Assembly (NCBI GenBank): GCA_000165345.1 | Contig: CM000431.1 | Coordinates: forward strand, 128,001 to 192,000 | Length of the DNA stretch: 64,000 nt | Reading direction: 5' to 3' | Shown: positions 11,450 through 22,142 of the stretch, in pieces | Position numbering within the stretch: the first letter of the stretch is position 1 | How the letters are laid out: every line of letters starts with the position of its first letter | Made by a program: the position numbers and the translations under genes | Notes under the pieces: model-generated | Seen by the model: only the letters and a program-made list of their open reading frames with translations | What the model was told of the DNA's origin: nothing | Database searches by the model: none

Positions 11450-12827
11450 ATGAGAAACAAAGAGATGGGGAAAACTAATCTTGACGAGTACGAGTTAATT
11501 GTAAGTTTTCTTATACAATTTTTTGCTTCAATAGTTAATTAACTTCTAATATTACTAATAGGATGGCTCATTTTCAACGGGATGTAGTCAGGAAATTGAG
11601 TTCATTGCACAGTCTTTGGTTGATCTAGTCGAGGCTTCCCCTGAGCTTTTAAATATGGATGGGAAAGTTGATTTGGAGGTAAGTTCCTTTATTAGTTTGT
11701 TTCTTGGAGCTTCTCAATAACTTCCTTTTATTTAATCACCGTAAATCTGCTTTGATCACTAGGTTGAAGGACGTATTGGGACTTTAATTAATGAAAATAC
11801 AAAGGAGAAGGTTTTACTCCCTGTGGAGGGAATGTGTTTGCTACTTCCAAGTGAAAAAGAGTTCTCCTACCGTTTTTCTCCTGGTTTGGAAAAGTGGCAA
11901 ATGACAAGTGTTGTAGAAGAATTAAGAAAGGATTTTGACGAGTCAAAAATCCCTTATATTATCAAAAATAGGAATACAAATGACTACTATGTTCATAATC
12001 CGAATAAATCAGAAACAGAAGACAAATCACTAATTAGATTAAGTTATATTTCTCCAAAAAATCAAAAAGATAAACCAACTGAAGCGATATGGAAGGAAAA
12101 GATTGCAGTCTTTGATTTTTGCTCTCCAGGCCAGCCTGGAGACTTGGAGACCAAACACAATATTGAGAATGGTACATTGCTTAAGGATTTCAGAATTGCG
12201 ATCAACCTTGAACATAAGGAGAATCCTATCGAAGTTGCCAATACTGTTACTGGTCCAATTGAAAATTCATGTGTTTTGGAAAGAAGAAGAGAAAGAGAAA
12301 CCGTAGAAGTTTCAAATTTTGTTCTAGACTCTACTCATGTGGTACAGATTGAAAGTCGCAGGGGATTTAGGCAATGCGAAACTTATGAATTAGAACTAGA
12401 GCTTAAGCCTTCCCACTTTATTCCTCTATTAAAGTCTTATATAGAGGATACAAACAATGGGAAATTGAAAGTAATAGGAACTCATCCTTTCATTAAGCTA
12501 CTTACCAACTTTGTTAATTTGGTGTTTGGAATTACTCTATTTCTCAATAACAAAAAACCAAATGAACAAATCGAATCTTCTATTCAAAACTCATCTGGAA
12601 ACGAAAACCAAATTATGGATTTAACAAGTTGTACTCAATCCAATGAAATAGTCCAAGCCTTCAAAAAATACGTCTCACCCATTACTCCTATACTCGGAGA
12701 CTATTTATATAGAGCCGTAGCTAGTGAGAAGCAGAAACTTAACAGACCACAAGATATTATTTGCAAGGATGATATAGATATTTCACTCGGAATTAAGCCT
12801 TTACCTCCTGATACTAAAGAAATCTAA
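11450..12827 (+). CDS. mRNA-capping RNA triphosphatase (Cet1/triphosphate-tunnel metalloenzyme family). Three exons: 11450..11500, 11562..11678, 11763..12827.
   Basis: ATG at 11450. Both introns have GTAAGT donors (11501, 11679) and AG acceptors (TAATAG|, CACTAG|), and both are in phase 0. The spliced N-terminus reads MRNKEMGKTNLDEYELI|DGSFSTGCSQEIEFIAQSLVDLVEASPELLNMDGKVDLE|VEGRIGTLINEN.. and carries the TTM beta1 ExExR motif (LEVEGRIG). A C-terminal YELELELK resembles the second metal-binding ExE strand of Cet1. Track ORF 11823..12827 is only exon 3 (GTG shown as M). Confidence 0.55.
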
Positions 12828-12835
12828 TTCATTCA

Positions 12836-13377
12836 TCATTTTATTAGAGAGTAAAGAATTGGAAGATCACTCTTTTCCTCAACTCTTAGAATGTTTTTAA
12901 GCTCCTCAGTGCTTAATATCTGTTTTCCATTAGTATACTCACTTCTCCCCTTTGTTGAGTCAGAGTCCATCTTTGACTCTTTTAGCAGTACTTTTCCTGT
13001 ACTCTGATAACCATTATATACCAAATAATCGTAAATTAGTGAATTTAATATTAAATTCTCATCTGAAATACAGTTTTCTTGATCTTTGTTTTCATCATTC
13101 TAAAATTAATTTTCAAGTCATATATATCCTAGAGTATTTTTTTGTCAAGCTTTTTCTTACCTCCTCTGTTAGGGAATACAAAATCTCTGCCATTAGCCTG
13201 GCTCTAACCTCACTCAAAACTCCTTTCTTTTCCAGCTCAGATTTCACGGCTAACATTTTTCCCCCCATCAAAGAAAATAGATTATTAGTTAGATTATCCT
13301 CACAGAAATTAAACAGGAATATCTGTTCCTGCTAACTTACCTGACCTAAGCTCCTCTAATGAATGATCCTCCTGCAT
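12836..13377 (-). CDS. FOPNL/FOR20-like LisH-domain protein (centrosome/basal-body family). Three exons: 13377..13341, 13249..13161, 13099..12836.
   Basis: The spliced product MQEDHSLEELRS|AVKSELEKKGVLSEVRARLMAEILYSLTEE|NDENKDQENCISDENLILNSLIYDYLVYNGYQSTGKVLLKESK...LPILYSLIK aligns by eye with human FOPNL. Matching segments are LEKKGVLGHLKARIRAEVFNAL, ENLLINELIREYLEFNKYKYTASVL and IPLLYGIL. Donors are GTAAGT and GTAAGA, acceptors are TTAG| and TTTTAG|, and the phases are consistent (37+89+264 nt = 130 codons). Track ORF 12836..13024 is the tail of exon 3. Confidence 0.65.
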
Positions 13378-13705
13378 GCTTTCTTTATCGAGTAATTAAA
13401 GTAAATCCAGTTATATATTCCTCCTAAATATTCTGATAATTAACCCGATTAGTTTTCACTTGAAAACAATAATTCTGGAGTTCAAGTAAAACTGAAAATT
13501 CAACTCAATAAAAGCCTTGTTATTTGCGTACTCGCAACTAATTCTCGCTTTAACACTTCTTGCCAGTACACAAAACGCTAAAATTCTCTACTCCTTTGCT
13601 AATTTACCTCACAAAAAAAAGTGTATACCGGCATCGTTTTCCCGCCCATTTTTTGGAAATAATTATATTATTTTTGACATGGGTGTAAATTCTTGAAAAT
13701 CAATT

Positions 13706-14386
13706 TTGTTGTTTAAAAAAATAAATAAAATGGGGAATTTTTTAGCATCCACAAAGATAACAACTGATCTCGCGAGCAAGTCTGTGTACTCTTATACACT
13801 TACAACTCTCGAAGGAAATCCTTTTCCTATGGAAAGCTTGAAAGGGAAAGTCGTAATGGTAACAAATGTTGCATCCAAATGTGGCTACACAAAATCTTAT
13901 TATAAACAAATGGTGAGAATCTACTCTGTGTTTGCTCCTCTTGGACTTGAGATTATTGGTCTACCCTCCAGAGAGTTTATGGGTCAAGAATTTGAAGATC
14001 CTAAAGAGATTCGCAAATTCGCAGATTCTCATAATGTTAAATTCCCTCTGATGGAGATTTGTAAAGTGAATGGCCCAGATGCTTTAGAGTTTGTACAAAA
14101 GCTGAAAAGAGAGACACCTGAGTTATATGACGAAAAAAGTAACACTTTATCTGCAATAAAATGGAACTTTTCAAGGTTTTTAATTGATAAAAATGGAAAA
14201 GTTGTTGCATTTAGAGGAACTAGGACCGAGCCTAACGAGCTTATTCCAAAAATAGCTGAACTTCTTGGTGTTTCTGATTACCAGAATCTTTTTAAAAATT
14301 ACGACAAGCTCCATCCGGAGTCAGGTTATGACCCAAAGGATGACGTATGTCCTTTAAAGCAAAAACAAAGTGAACAAGGTTCTTAA
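13706..14386 (+). CDS. Glutathione peroxidase, Cys-type (non-selenocysteine).
   Basis: GPx signatures KGKVVMVTNVASKCGYT, LGLEIIGLPSREFMGQEF and WNFSRFLIDKNGKVVAFRG. The true start may be the internal Met (MGNFLAS). Confidence 0.85.
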   Translation: MLFKKINKMGNFLASTKITTDLASKSVYSYTLTTLEGNPFPMESLKGKVVMVTNVASKCGYTKSYYKQMVRIYSVFAPLGLEIIGLPSREFMGQEFEDPKEIRKFADSHNVKFPLMEICKVNGPDALEFVQKLKRETPELYDEKSNTLSAIKWNFSRFLIDKNGKVVAFRGTRTEPNELIPKIAELLGVSDYQNLFKNYDKLHPESGYDPKDDVCPLKQKQSEQGS

Positions 14387-14477
14387 AGGAAAATAATCTA
14401 TTCGGACAATATTACTTAGCATGACCATAAATATTACCTACTATGGATTTTTGCTCTTGTAAGTTGAAACAAAATAT

Positions 14478-16082
14478 TTAGGTTTGGACGCCAGTAATCA
14501 ATTCATAGGTAGTTACTATTGATGATAATATTGGTCCAATTGCCGAAATGTAACAAGACAATACTACACAGAAATTTGTGAAAAAGGATTTTCTTCTTCC
14601 CCATATAATAGAATAAACAAACAAGGGATAAATCGACGCAGTAAAAGCGTCAATATAACCACAAAACAATTCAACATATTGAGTACAAGATTTTGCCACA
14701 TGAGAAAGGAATATGGAGACAAGTAAAATAGCTGTAGAAAGTAAAAACCTCCAAATATTGAACTTTTCTTTATTTTTCATGGACTTAAGGGTTGCTTCAG
14801 CACTAAAATCTTCTTGACCATCTGATTCAATAGCTCTTGCTTTATTTTTAGCTAATAGACTTACTAATTCATCCAATACAATATTAGGATTGGATGGGAC
14901 ATAAGTTAATTTAAGGGCTCTGGATTCCTTTTTATCATCATCATCATTACCATCAAAAATTACTTGGAAAACGTCTTCTACTGCTAATTCTGACATGTAA
15001 TTGATAAGTCCAATATCATTTACGATAAAATTACAAATTGAAACGGTAAATAATGGAATAATAACACATAATGAAATACAACTCAGTATTCTTGAGAATC
15101 CCATGAATATATCACAAGGCGAAAAGTTTAATGTAATGTTATCTTGTGTAGCTTCACCAAAAGTTGTATATGCAGAAATAGTTAGAGCCAAAGAGAAAAC
15201 CAATAAAAATGTAAAGGATGCTGAAATAACCTTAATACATCTCTTATAAGTACAAGTACTAACATTTAAAACGGCTGGGACTACCATACAATGACATAAA
15301 AAGGCATAAGTTGCGAATGTGAACATCTTAAAAGCTGATAGTGGTCCATGAGCTGGCCAAATATGTACTTCTCCTGTAACAGGAGGCATAGGTCCTGAAT
15401 AAGGGAAAACAACAGATCTAACTACAATAACAGTAGCCAAAGTGAAGAATGATGCAACTGAAAACCAGCCAAGAAAATCCAATTCTGAAACTTTAGATTT
15501 CGTTGCAAAAGGTAATACCAATAAAAAGTATAATGCAGACAAAAAGTATTCATCCTTCAAATACTCCAAAAATTTAGCTTGAGGGAAGGAAAATACAGCA
15601 TGAGTAACCAGATCCTGAGTAAATGAACGCAATAGAATGAAGTATACTGGAACAGCATAAGCCATTGAAAGGAAACAAATAATGGAGATAGACTTAAAAT
15701 GAAACTTCATATTTCCTTTCATTTCCTCAACTTCACTGGCTGTCAGAATCATCTTCTGACCCTTCTGTAACTTCTCTACATCTTCTTTGTTCTCCTTCTT
15801 TGCGTCTCTTCTAGCTAAGAAACTACGAATACTCTTATATGCAGAAACTCTCATTAAAAGAGTGGATAAATCCACTGCTCCAAGTTGTAATGACCCTACA
15901 ACATAAATCGAATGGGTAACTATTGAAACAATGGCACAAATGATCAAAGTTGAAATTCCGACAGCCAAACCTGCCATCTTCATACCATATGTCAGAAATA
16001 CAACACCAGAGCCTATGCAACCGGCTGTCATGGTAGCGAAGGCCTTACTCGAATACTTGAAACTATCGTTTGCAGCCTCCAT
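14478..16082 (-). CDS. Multi-pass membrane transporter, probably of the amino-acid transporter (Aa_trans/AAAP-like) family.
   Basis: 534 aa with about 11 hydrophobic helices. The N-terminal ATMTAGCIGSGVVFLTYGMKMAGL resembles the Aa_trans signature (IGSGIL.LP). Family assignment is tentative. Confidence 0.5.
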   Translation of the reverse strand: MEAANDSFKYSSKAFATMTAGCIGSGVVFLTYGMKMAGLAVGISTLIICAIVSIVTHSIYVVGSLQLGAVDLSTLLMRVSAYKSIRSFLARRDAKKENKEDVEKLQKGQKMILTASEVEEMKGNMKFHFKSISIICFLSMAYAVPVYFILLRSFTQDLVTHAVFSFPQAKFLEYLKDEYFLSALYFLLVLPFATKSKVSELDFLGWFSVASFFTLATVIVVRSVVFPYSGPMPPVTGEVHIWPAHGPLSAFKMFTFATYAFLCHCMVVPAVLNVSTCTYKRCIKVISASFTFLLVFSLALTISAYTTFGEATQDNITLNFSPCDIFMGFSRILSCISLCVIIPLFTVSICNFIVNDIGLINYMSELAVEDVFQVIFDGNDDDDKKESRALKLTYVPSNPNIVLDELVSLLAKNKARAIESDGQEDFSAEATLKSMKNKEKFNIWRFLLSTAILLVSIFLSHVAKSCTQYVELFCGYIDAFTASIYPLFVYSIIWGRRKSFFTNFCVVLSCYISAIGPILSSIVTTYELITGVQT

Positions 16083-16712
16083 CTTTCCTTCAAAAATAAA
16101 ATCTATCTTTTACTTTATTTACTTTAAGAACTTCTCCCGACACTTGTACTTAAAACTAGAATTGTTCGGAATTTTTCTTAATGCTTTTTATTTAATTACA
16201 CTAAATTGCTGATAATAAGCCTTTCAACTTATATGAAAGACACAATATAGTAATTATTTGTTTATTCAATTCAGATTCTTCTGTTTATTAATTATTTTCT
16301 TTAACAGCTATTTCTTCTTTCTGCTCCTGTCCTTTAGCCCAATGCAGAAATAGGTCCCTAAAAATATTGCCGCCAGATCCCGCGCGCCTCCCGCCGAAAG
16401 GTAAATGTCAAAAATTAACGACATGGTAAAAAAAAGGATTAAAAAGATATTAAGAAAAACAATGTAGTAGTAAGAATTTTACTAATATGGATTTAACTGG
16501 AAAGATTTTTAGTTGAGTGAATGATTATTTCTTTGATTTTTTGCTATGACATTTTGTTTTATTTTTTTAATTCTTATCAATATTAATTATGTGTGTAAAT
16601 AAATGATCTTTTGAGGAAAATGTGTATGTGAGAAATTTATTGGAAAAAAAAAGCTGTTTAAAAAGAATCCCTAGATTAGAAAGATTTTTAGTTTTTTTGT
16701 TTAAATCTTGTA

Positions 16713-17813
16713 ATGAGAAATATAAGGTTCTTTCCCCTATTGGGAATATTTGTTTTGGGTCTAATAATAATATGTTTTGGAGTCTCAGAGTGCTACCAGG
16801 AAGAAAAAAGCTTGGAGGGTTCCCAGGTATTTCAAGAAGATCCTCAATTTAAACTAGAACAGTCTGGCTCTTATAAAGAAGACCCAGAGAGGATGAGAAA
16901 CTTGGATGAGTTTATTAAGTATTTGGTGAATGATGTTCTTTTTCCTTTAGAAGGAATTGTAAAAGGGTATTGCTTGTTTAGATCTGTATCAGATGAGGCA
17001 AAGGAGGACTTAGGACTTTATAACAAAGAGAGCATTGCTGTTGCTACCATTTTGTTAAGTGGCAAATGGAAGAATCCAATAAATTTTATATTACGTTGTA
17101 GAGAAAGCCTTCGTGTAGTAAGTAATGGGATGAAAGTTTCTTCATTTGAACATTCAAGTGAGTCCTGGTCCTCCATTACGAGTGCCCGTAGGAAGATGAA
17201 AGCTTCTCGAATAAAAATTTGTTTCAAGGCCAGAATATGCTCAAGAATGATGAAGAAAGAGGAGGGAACTGATAATCTTAGAAGGTTCTTGATTAACAGA
17301 ACTCAGTATGGATTAATTTATCCTGATCAAGGCTCAGAAATGGCTGTATGGAATACAGTAAGAGAATTTAAAGATATATTATCAGCAGGTATTCTCAAGG
17401 GTAGCATTAAGAATCATATCAGAGTGATTATTATGTTCAATTACATGAACAAAATCCTAAGCCAGATCGGAAAACAACCTGTTACTTTGTTTGTTTGTAT
17501 TGCTCTTATTAATTCCATGGTCAGAGAAAGATCCCTATCTGAATGGCTTTCATTTTCAAGGAGTAAAACTTCCTCCAGAAACAGATTAAATGAGCTTGGA
17601 ATCGATCCAGTAACAAACCTAAGATACGATACCAGATTGAATATCAAGGAGAATATAATTAACTTTCAAATAAGAACATGTAATCACGTAATCTGGACAT
17701 CTGAAGTCCTTTTAAGTGAAAGACAAGTTCAAGTTATTGGGGTGAATTCAAATCAAATATATACATTGAGGAAGAGAATTACGTGGATGTGTAATAAGAT
17801 GTTTACAATGTAG
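16713..17813 (+). CDS. Secreted protein of unknown function (N-terminal signal peptide).
   Basis: 366-aa ORF. The N-terminal FFPLLGIFVLGLIIICFGVSECY is a signal-peptide-like segment. It has its own upstream promoter region with a GC-rich element (cccgcgcgcctcccgccg at about 16379-16396). No recognisable domain. Confidence 0.5.
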   Translation: MRNIRFFPLLGIFVLGLIIICFGVSECYQEEKSLEGSQVFQEDPQFKLEQSGSYKEDPERMRNLDEFIKYLVNDVLFPLEGIVKGYCLFRSVSDEAKEDLGLYNKESIAVATILLSGKWKNPINFILRCRESLRVVSNGMKVSSFEHSSESWSSITSARRKMKASRIKICFKARICSRMMKKEEGTDNLRRFLINRTQYGLIYPDQGSEMAVWNTVREFKDILSAGILKGSIKNHIRVIIMFNYMNKILSQIGKQPVTLFVCIALINSMVRERSLSEWLSFSRSKTSSRNRLNELGIDPVTNLRYDTRLNIKENIINFQIRTCNHVIWTSEVLLSERQVQVIGVNSNQIYTLRKRITWMCNKMFTM

Positions 17814-18026
17814 AACTACTCATTTTAACTAATTTAGTCATTTTATAAATCTTATTCCAATAACTTATTTTTCTATTTTTGTTTTTTTTCTTTCCTTTTT
17901 TACCTTCAATTTAATCTTAAAATTAAAATGCATTTCCTGGCACCAGTCTGAGAATACCAGTAATGTTGGCGCCTAAATGTTGCTTTTAAACTGAAAACAT
18001 GAAAAAAATATGAAATTGGAATAAGA

Positions 18027-18812
18027 ATGAAAGGAGTTTTATGTTTAGTTCTTATTCAGCTGTGGCTTATAATAGGTAGGTTTGTTATATTTTATAGAGC
18101 TGACTTATTTGAAGAATTTCTGAGAGAATTACAATGGATCTAAAAATTGTAGTCTTTACAGTTAATTAAAATATGGTTAAATGGTCGGCTAAAATTCAAT
18201 AAATATTTAAATACGCTTCTTTTTTTTAGGAAAACTCTCAGTTTCTGCAAATAAGGTCTTAAACAACTACGAATATTGGGAAGATAAAATCGGTTCTATT
18301 TCCATAGATAGCCAAGCAAGTAATATTAGTACAGGAGTTAAGAAGAATTCCGCATCATACATAGGAGAAAACATTAAACCCTCAAACTTAGAAGTGCAAG
18401 GAAACCAAAGAATTTTGTCTGCTAGTATTAGTACTAGGCCAAAGAACAATCTTAAAACTTTAGATTTTAAGGATAATGAAATAAATGAAAAAACTCTGAT
18501 TGGAGCCACTAATAGTCCTAAAAACTGTGAATGCAAGGTTACAGTAAGTTATAAAAAAATAAATGAGTTATACTAGGCTCACAAGATGCTTTATTAAATT
18601 ATTCACAAATATATTACTAATTTCTACTTTTTTTCCATTAGAATGACTCTTGCTGGTCAAGGTCAGCATGTATTGGAATTGCAAGTACAATTTCCGTCTC
18701 TAGCCTTTTTATATTCATCGCTTTAATGTGGCTTGTTCAAGTTCTCTCAACTCATGCTGCAAAAGAAGAACATATCATGTTGAAAAATAAACTCAAAAAA
18801 CAGAAAACATAA
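18027..18812 (+). CDS. Small, previously unannotated type-I membrane protein of about 177 aa. Three exons: 18027..18075, 18230..18543, 18642..18812.
   Basis: Exon 1 ATGAAAGGAGTTTTATGTTTAGTTCTTATTCAGCTGTGGCTTATAATAG (MKGVLCLVLIQLWLIIG, a signal peptide) ends at a GTAGGT donor. Intron 1 ends TTTTTTTTAG, and exon 2 is in phase (2+312 nt), matching track ORF 18394..18576. A GTAAGT donor follows at 18544 and an acceptor CCATTAG| at 18641. Exon 3 encodes NDSCWSRSACIGIASTISVSSLFIFIALMWLVQVL.. (a TM helix) and stops at TAA 18810-18812. Confidence 0.5.
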
Positions 18813-19042
18813 AAATGTTAGTTAAGGACAAAATATAATTGGGAAAAATAAGCCATTTATTTGAATGGAAAAAAATATAATGAATTGAATGAATCAAAGC
18901 CTCAATTGTGCTTAGTAGTATAATGTATTAATTTTAGAGAATAAAAAAAAATTTGTAGAATCAGTGTATTAATATTGAATCTTAATCTTAAATCTCAAAC
19001 CTGAATTTACACTTGTCCGGACATCTAACAAAATGCATTCTC

Positions 19043-19071
19043 TTGGCGCCAATTTGAGAAGATGTGGCGCC
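19043..19071. promoter_or_regulatory. Two E2F-like sites (TTGGCGCCAA at 19043-19052 and TGGCGCC at 19065-19071) about 100 bp upstream of the first SLC35C-like gene.
   Basis: tcttggcgccaatttgagaagatgtggcgccctg. Confidence 0.5.
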
Positions 19072-19171
19072 CTGATCTAAAACGATTTTTAGATCTATAA
19101 GGAGATAAAGATAAGACAGGAGAGAATTAGAAATAAAAAGCAAAAAAAAGAATTTAAACAGCAAAGTAAAA

Positions 19172-20470
19172 ATGGGTCACTCAAAGAATAAAAAGAGTAA
19201 CTCTTCGTCTGGCTCAGAAGCTGGAAAGGAATCTGAAAGGTTTATTTCATTCCTCCCAAATAGCGTTGCAACAGTATTGGCCATTTGCTCGTTTATAGCA
19301 GCTTCAATATCTTCAGTTTATTTCAACAATGGTGTTTTTAAGAAGCAAATCAAGTTTCCTGTCTTTGTTTCATGTGCACAACAGCTTGTTGGTATGATTA
19401 TAATGAGCATATTTGGATTAATAAGAATGGCAATCTCAAAATCCTCTGAAAGTGGTAATGGAAAAGATGGAGCTGAGGTACAAGCTAACGGTTCATCAGT
19501 AAGCAGCTGGAAGAAGGTGATGTACGCTATTCCAGTCGCATTCTTTTTCTCTTTCAATATATCATTTAACAATATCTGTTTAACTCATGGTAAAGTTTCA
19601 ACTTATGCTATGGCTAAGTCTACCACACTGATGTGGTCTTTATGCCTCCAATTTTTAATCTTGGGAATTAAAGTTAAGTTGACCTCACTCATTTCTTGTG
19701 CAATCATTATTTCTGGTGTTCTCATTGGAGCATTTGATCCAAAATCACTTGTTTTGGTTTCTTTAATTTATGGTTGTATCTCATCATTCTCTCAGAGCTG
19801 CTACAATATCACTCTCAAGTGGGTTCTCCCTAAGATTGGTAACGATTCTGCAGGTCTTCTTAAATATGTTCAAATGTGGTCAATTCTCTTCTTTTTCATT
19901 CCTATGTTTGGAACTGGAGAAGTTATCCCAGCATTTACAACATCTGGTTGCTTTGATTTCAATGATCTTAATAGAATGATTTATCTATGGGGTCTAATCA
20001 CCACATCAGCTCTTCTTGCCATTGGTGTTAACCAGAGTACTTATGTTGTCATTGGTTTAACCACTCCAGCAACATTCAATGTTTGTGGTTTGGTCAAGCA
20101 AGCCTTACAAACTATCGGTGGAATCTTCTATCTAGGAGAATCTCTACCAACTCAAACAATCATTGCAGTTTGTCTCACATTCTGTGGTTCTGCTTCATAT
20201 ACTGCATTCAATCACTTTGGATCAAAACCATCTATGTCACCTTCTGAATTGAAAGTTGTTGAGGAAAAATACAAGGAAGTTGCAAGACAATCTGTCGGTA
20301 CTGCTTCTGATGTATTTGAAAATGCCCAAGATGACATCCTAAAGAGAAGTGGAAGCAAGACTAAGAACATGATTACACCATTCACCTCAAAAAATCCAGA
20401 AGCCATTCCTCTTAAGGATGATATTGAGGAAGGTCTCCCAACTGGAAACAATAACGAAAACAGAAACTAA
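19172..20470 (+). CDS. Nucleotide-sugar transporter, SLC35C/GDP-fucose-transporter-like (TPT/DMT superfamily). Paralog 1 of 3 in tandem.
   Basis: 432-aa, about 10-TM protein. FNNICLTHGKVSTYAMAKSTTLMWSLCLQFLILGIKVKLTSLISCAIIISGVLIGAFD and TPATFNVCGLVKQALQTIGGIFYLGE...CGSASYT line up by eye with the human SLC35C1 blocks [38 protein letters not shown]...GGFWLGVD and SPLTHNVSGTAKACAQT...GGSSAYT. Confidence 0.8.
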   Translation: MGHSKNKKSNSSSGSEAGKESERFISFLPNSVATVLAICSFIAASISSVYFNNGVFKKQIKFPVFVSCAQQLVGMIIMSIFGLIRMAISKSSESGNGKDGAEVQANGSSVSSWKKVMYAIPVAFFFSFNISFNNICLTHGKVSTYAMAKSTTLMWSLCLQFLILGIKVKLTSLISCAIIISGVLIGAFDPKSLVLVSLIYGCISSFSQSCYNITLKWVLPKIGNDSAGLLKYVQMWSILFFFIPMFGTGEVIPAFTTSGCFDFNDLNRMIYLWGLITTSALLAIGVNQSTYVVIGLTTPATFNVCGLVKQALQTIGGIFYLGESLPTQTIIAVCLTFCGSASYTAFNHFGSKPSMSPSELKVVEEKYKEVARQSVGTASDVFENAQDDILKRSGSKTKNMITPFTSKNPEAIPLKDDIEEGLPTGNNNENRN

Positions 20471-20957
20471 TTATAGTTCGTTAAATTCTACATTTGTTTA
20501 AATTTCATTCCCCGATGCCTATTCCCCTGTTTTTCTCCATCTAAAACCAATGTTTCTAAACTAATCAATTGCAGAAATATAAACTGTTTGTGGAATTCCT
20601 GTGCCATGTTGCATTCTTTAACAAATTACTTGTTGATGAATTTCCACTCTTATATGTATTAATAATGAAGTAGCCTTATATTACTTCCACCCCACTTTCC
20701 CACACTATTATTTTAAAATGTGCCGCTTTTACCGCCCTCGGTACCTTTGCCCGCTAAAAAGATCTTTGTGAATTTTTCATGTGGAATATCCAAAAATTAA
20801 AAGGCGCCTTTGAGTGATGATACTCAAACAATTAGTGGAACTTGTGATAATTTCATATGAAATTTGTCGAGAGAATAAGAATTTAAACCGCTAGGGAAAA
20901 GAATATATTATTATCAAAACTCTCAGATTATTTTACCATTAACCTTGAACTTTAAAA

Positions 20958-22142
20958 ATGAGTAAAGATTCAGAAAGACCAGAAATCTCTTTTATGGGCT
21001 TGCCAAGGCTGGCGAGTGCTAGTATTGCCATTGCAGTTTATGTTGTATGCTCAATTGGTTGTGTATACGCAAATAAATGGCTTCTAAGTAATGTAGGAGC
21101 TTGCCATGGTTTTATTCCCTTAGTACAACAACTTATTGGAGCCATTTTTGTGAGAACTATGGTGTATATCACAGGAATCTGTGGTATTGGCTCAGATAAT
21201 CAAAATCCTAGCTCTGATAAAACTAGTCAAAACGAAAAACAAAATGAATCACTCGTGAGCAGGCTCTGGAACAGATATAAGTACATCTGGCCAGCATCCT
21301 TTTGCTTCTCCTCCACAATTGTTTTGAACAATGCTTGTTTATCTATGGCAAAGCTTTCAACATATTCTGTTGCAAAATCCACAACTTTAATCTGGAACGT
21401 TCTCTTCCAATTCATTCTCCTCAGAATCAAGCTCCCAGTTAGTACAATCTTGTCCTGCTTCCTTATTCTTGCTGGTGTGACTATAGGTTCCTTGGATACC
21501 AGTACTTTGGCCCCTATGGCAGTTATTGCAGGCTGTTCATCCTCGATTTTCCAGGCTCTTTATAATACATGTATTGCCAGGGCTCTCCCTAAGACAAATA
21601 ATGATACCTCAGAGGTTTTGGTTAGGAATCAAGAGCTCTCCTCTGTGTTTCTTGTTATATATATTCTTGCCTCTAAAGAGCTTGTCAATTTATTCATGCA
21701 CTCACCATGCTTTGATTTATCCTCATCTAAGTTCTTAAGCTGCTGGGCTATATTCTTCCTCACCACTGCATTCGCAGCAGGTCTCAACAAGTTCACATTC
21801 ATGGTTATTGGACTTACTGAGCCTTCGACATTCTCAGTCATTGGGTTCACTAAAGCAGGTTTACAAACCGCCGGTGGATGGTTCATTTACAAGGATCCAG
21901 CATCTATCAAATCTGTTACTTCTGTAGTTTTCACACTTTCTGGATCTTTGATATATGGTATTACCAGGGGATCTAAGAAATCAGAATCAAAAAAGGAACA
22001 GGTAGAGGAAATCAGAAGACTGACTAGATGCTCCGCAGCGTCAGTTGGTGATATCGATGCAGTTCCCTCCCCCAGGGACGAAGAAGCTAAGAAGTCTGCC
22101 TCAAACGATGAAAAACAAAAACTTATCACAAGCAAAGTCTAA
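20958..22142 (+). CDS. Nucleotide-sugar transporter, SLC35C-like. Paralog 2 of 3.
   Basis: 394 aa. The same conserved blocks are present in diverged form (NNACLSMAKLSTYSVAKSTTLIWNVLFQFILLRIKLPVSTILSC; EPSTFSVIGFTKAGLQTAGGWFIYKD...SGSLIYG). Confidence 0.75.
   Translation: MSKDSERPEISFMGLPRLASASIAIAVYVVCSIGCVYANKWLLSNVGACHGFIPLVQQLIGAIFVRTMVYITGICGIGSDNQNPSSDKTSQNEKQNESLVSRLWNRYKYIWPASFCFSSTIVLNNACLSMAKLSTYSVAKSTTLIWNVLFQFILLRIKLPVSTILSCFLILAGVTIGSLDTSTLAPMAVIAGCSSSIFQALYNTCIARALPKTNNDTSEVLVRNQELSSVFLVIYILASKELVNLFMHSPCFDLSSSKFLSCWAIFFLTTAFAAGLNKFTFMVIGLTEPSTFSVIGFTKAGLQTAGGWFIYKDPASIKSVTSVVFTLSGSLIYGITRGSKKSESKKEQVEEIRRLTRCSAASVGDIDAVPSPRDEEAKKSASNDEKQKLITSKV

Noticed and set aside
13161-13249. 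A suspected frameshift in exon 2 of the FOPNL-like gene
   Set aside because: This came from my own mis-transcription across a line break. The printed sequence (cattagcctg|gctctaacct) and the track's antisense translation (..AISLALTSL..) both show the extra G, so the exon is intact.
12103-13335. ORFs 12103..12306(+) and 12952..13335(+)
   Set aside because: The first is an alternate frame inside the Cet1-like exon 3. The second is antisense to the exons and introns of the FOPNL-like gene, has hydrophobic low-complexity composition, and lacks flanking promoter signals.
15001-16212. ORFs 15001..15249(+), 15835..16020(-) and 15931..16212(+)
   Set aside because: They are embedded in, antisense to, or in alternate frames of the 534-aa transporter gene.
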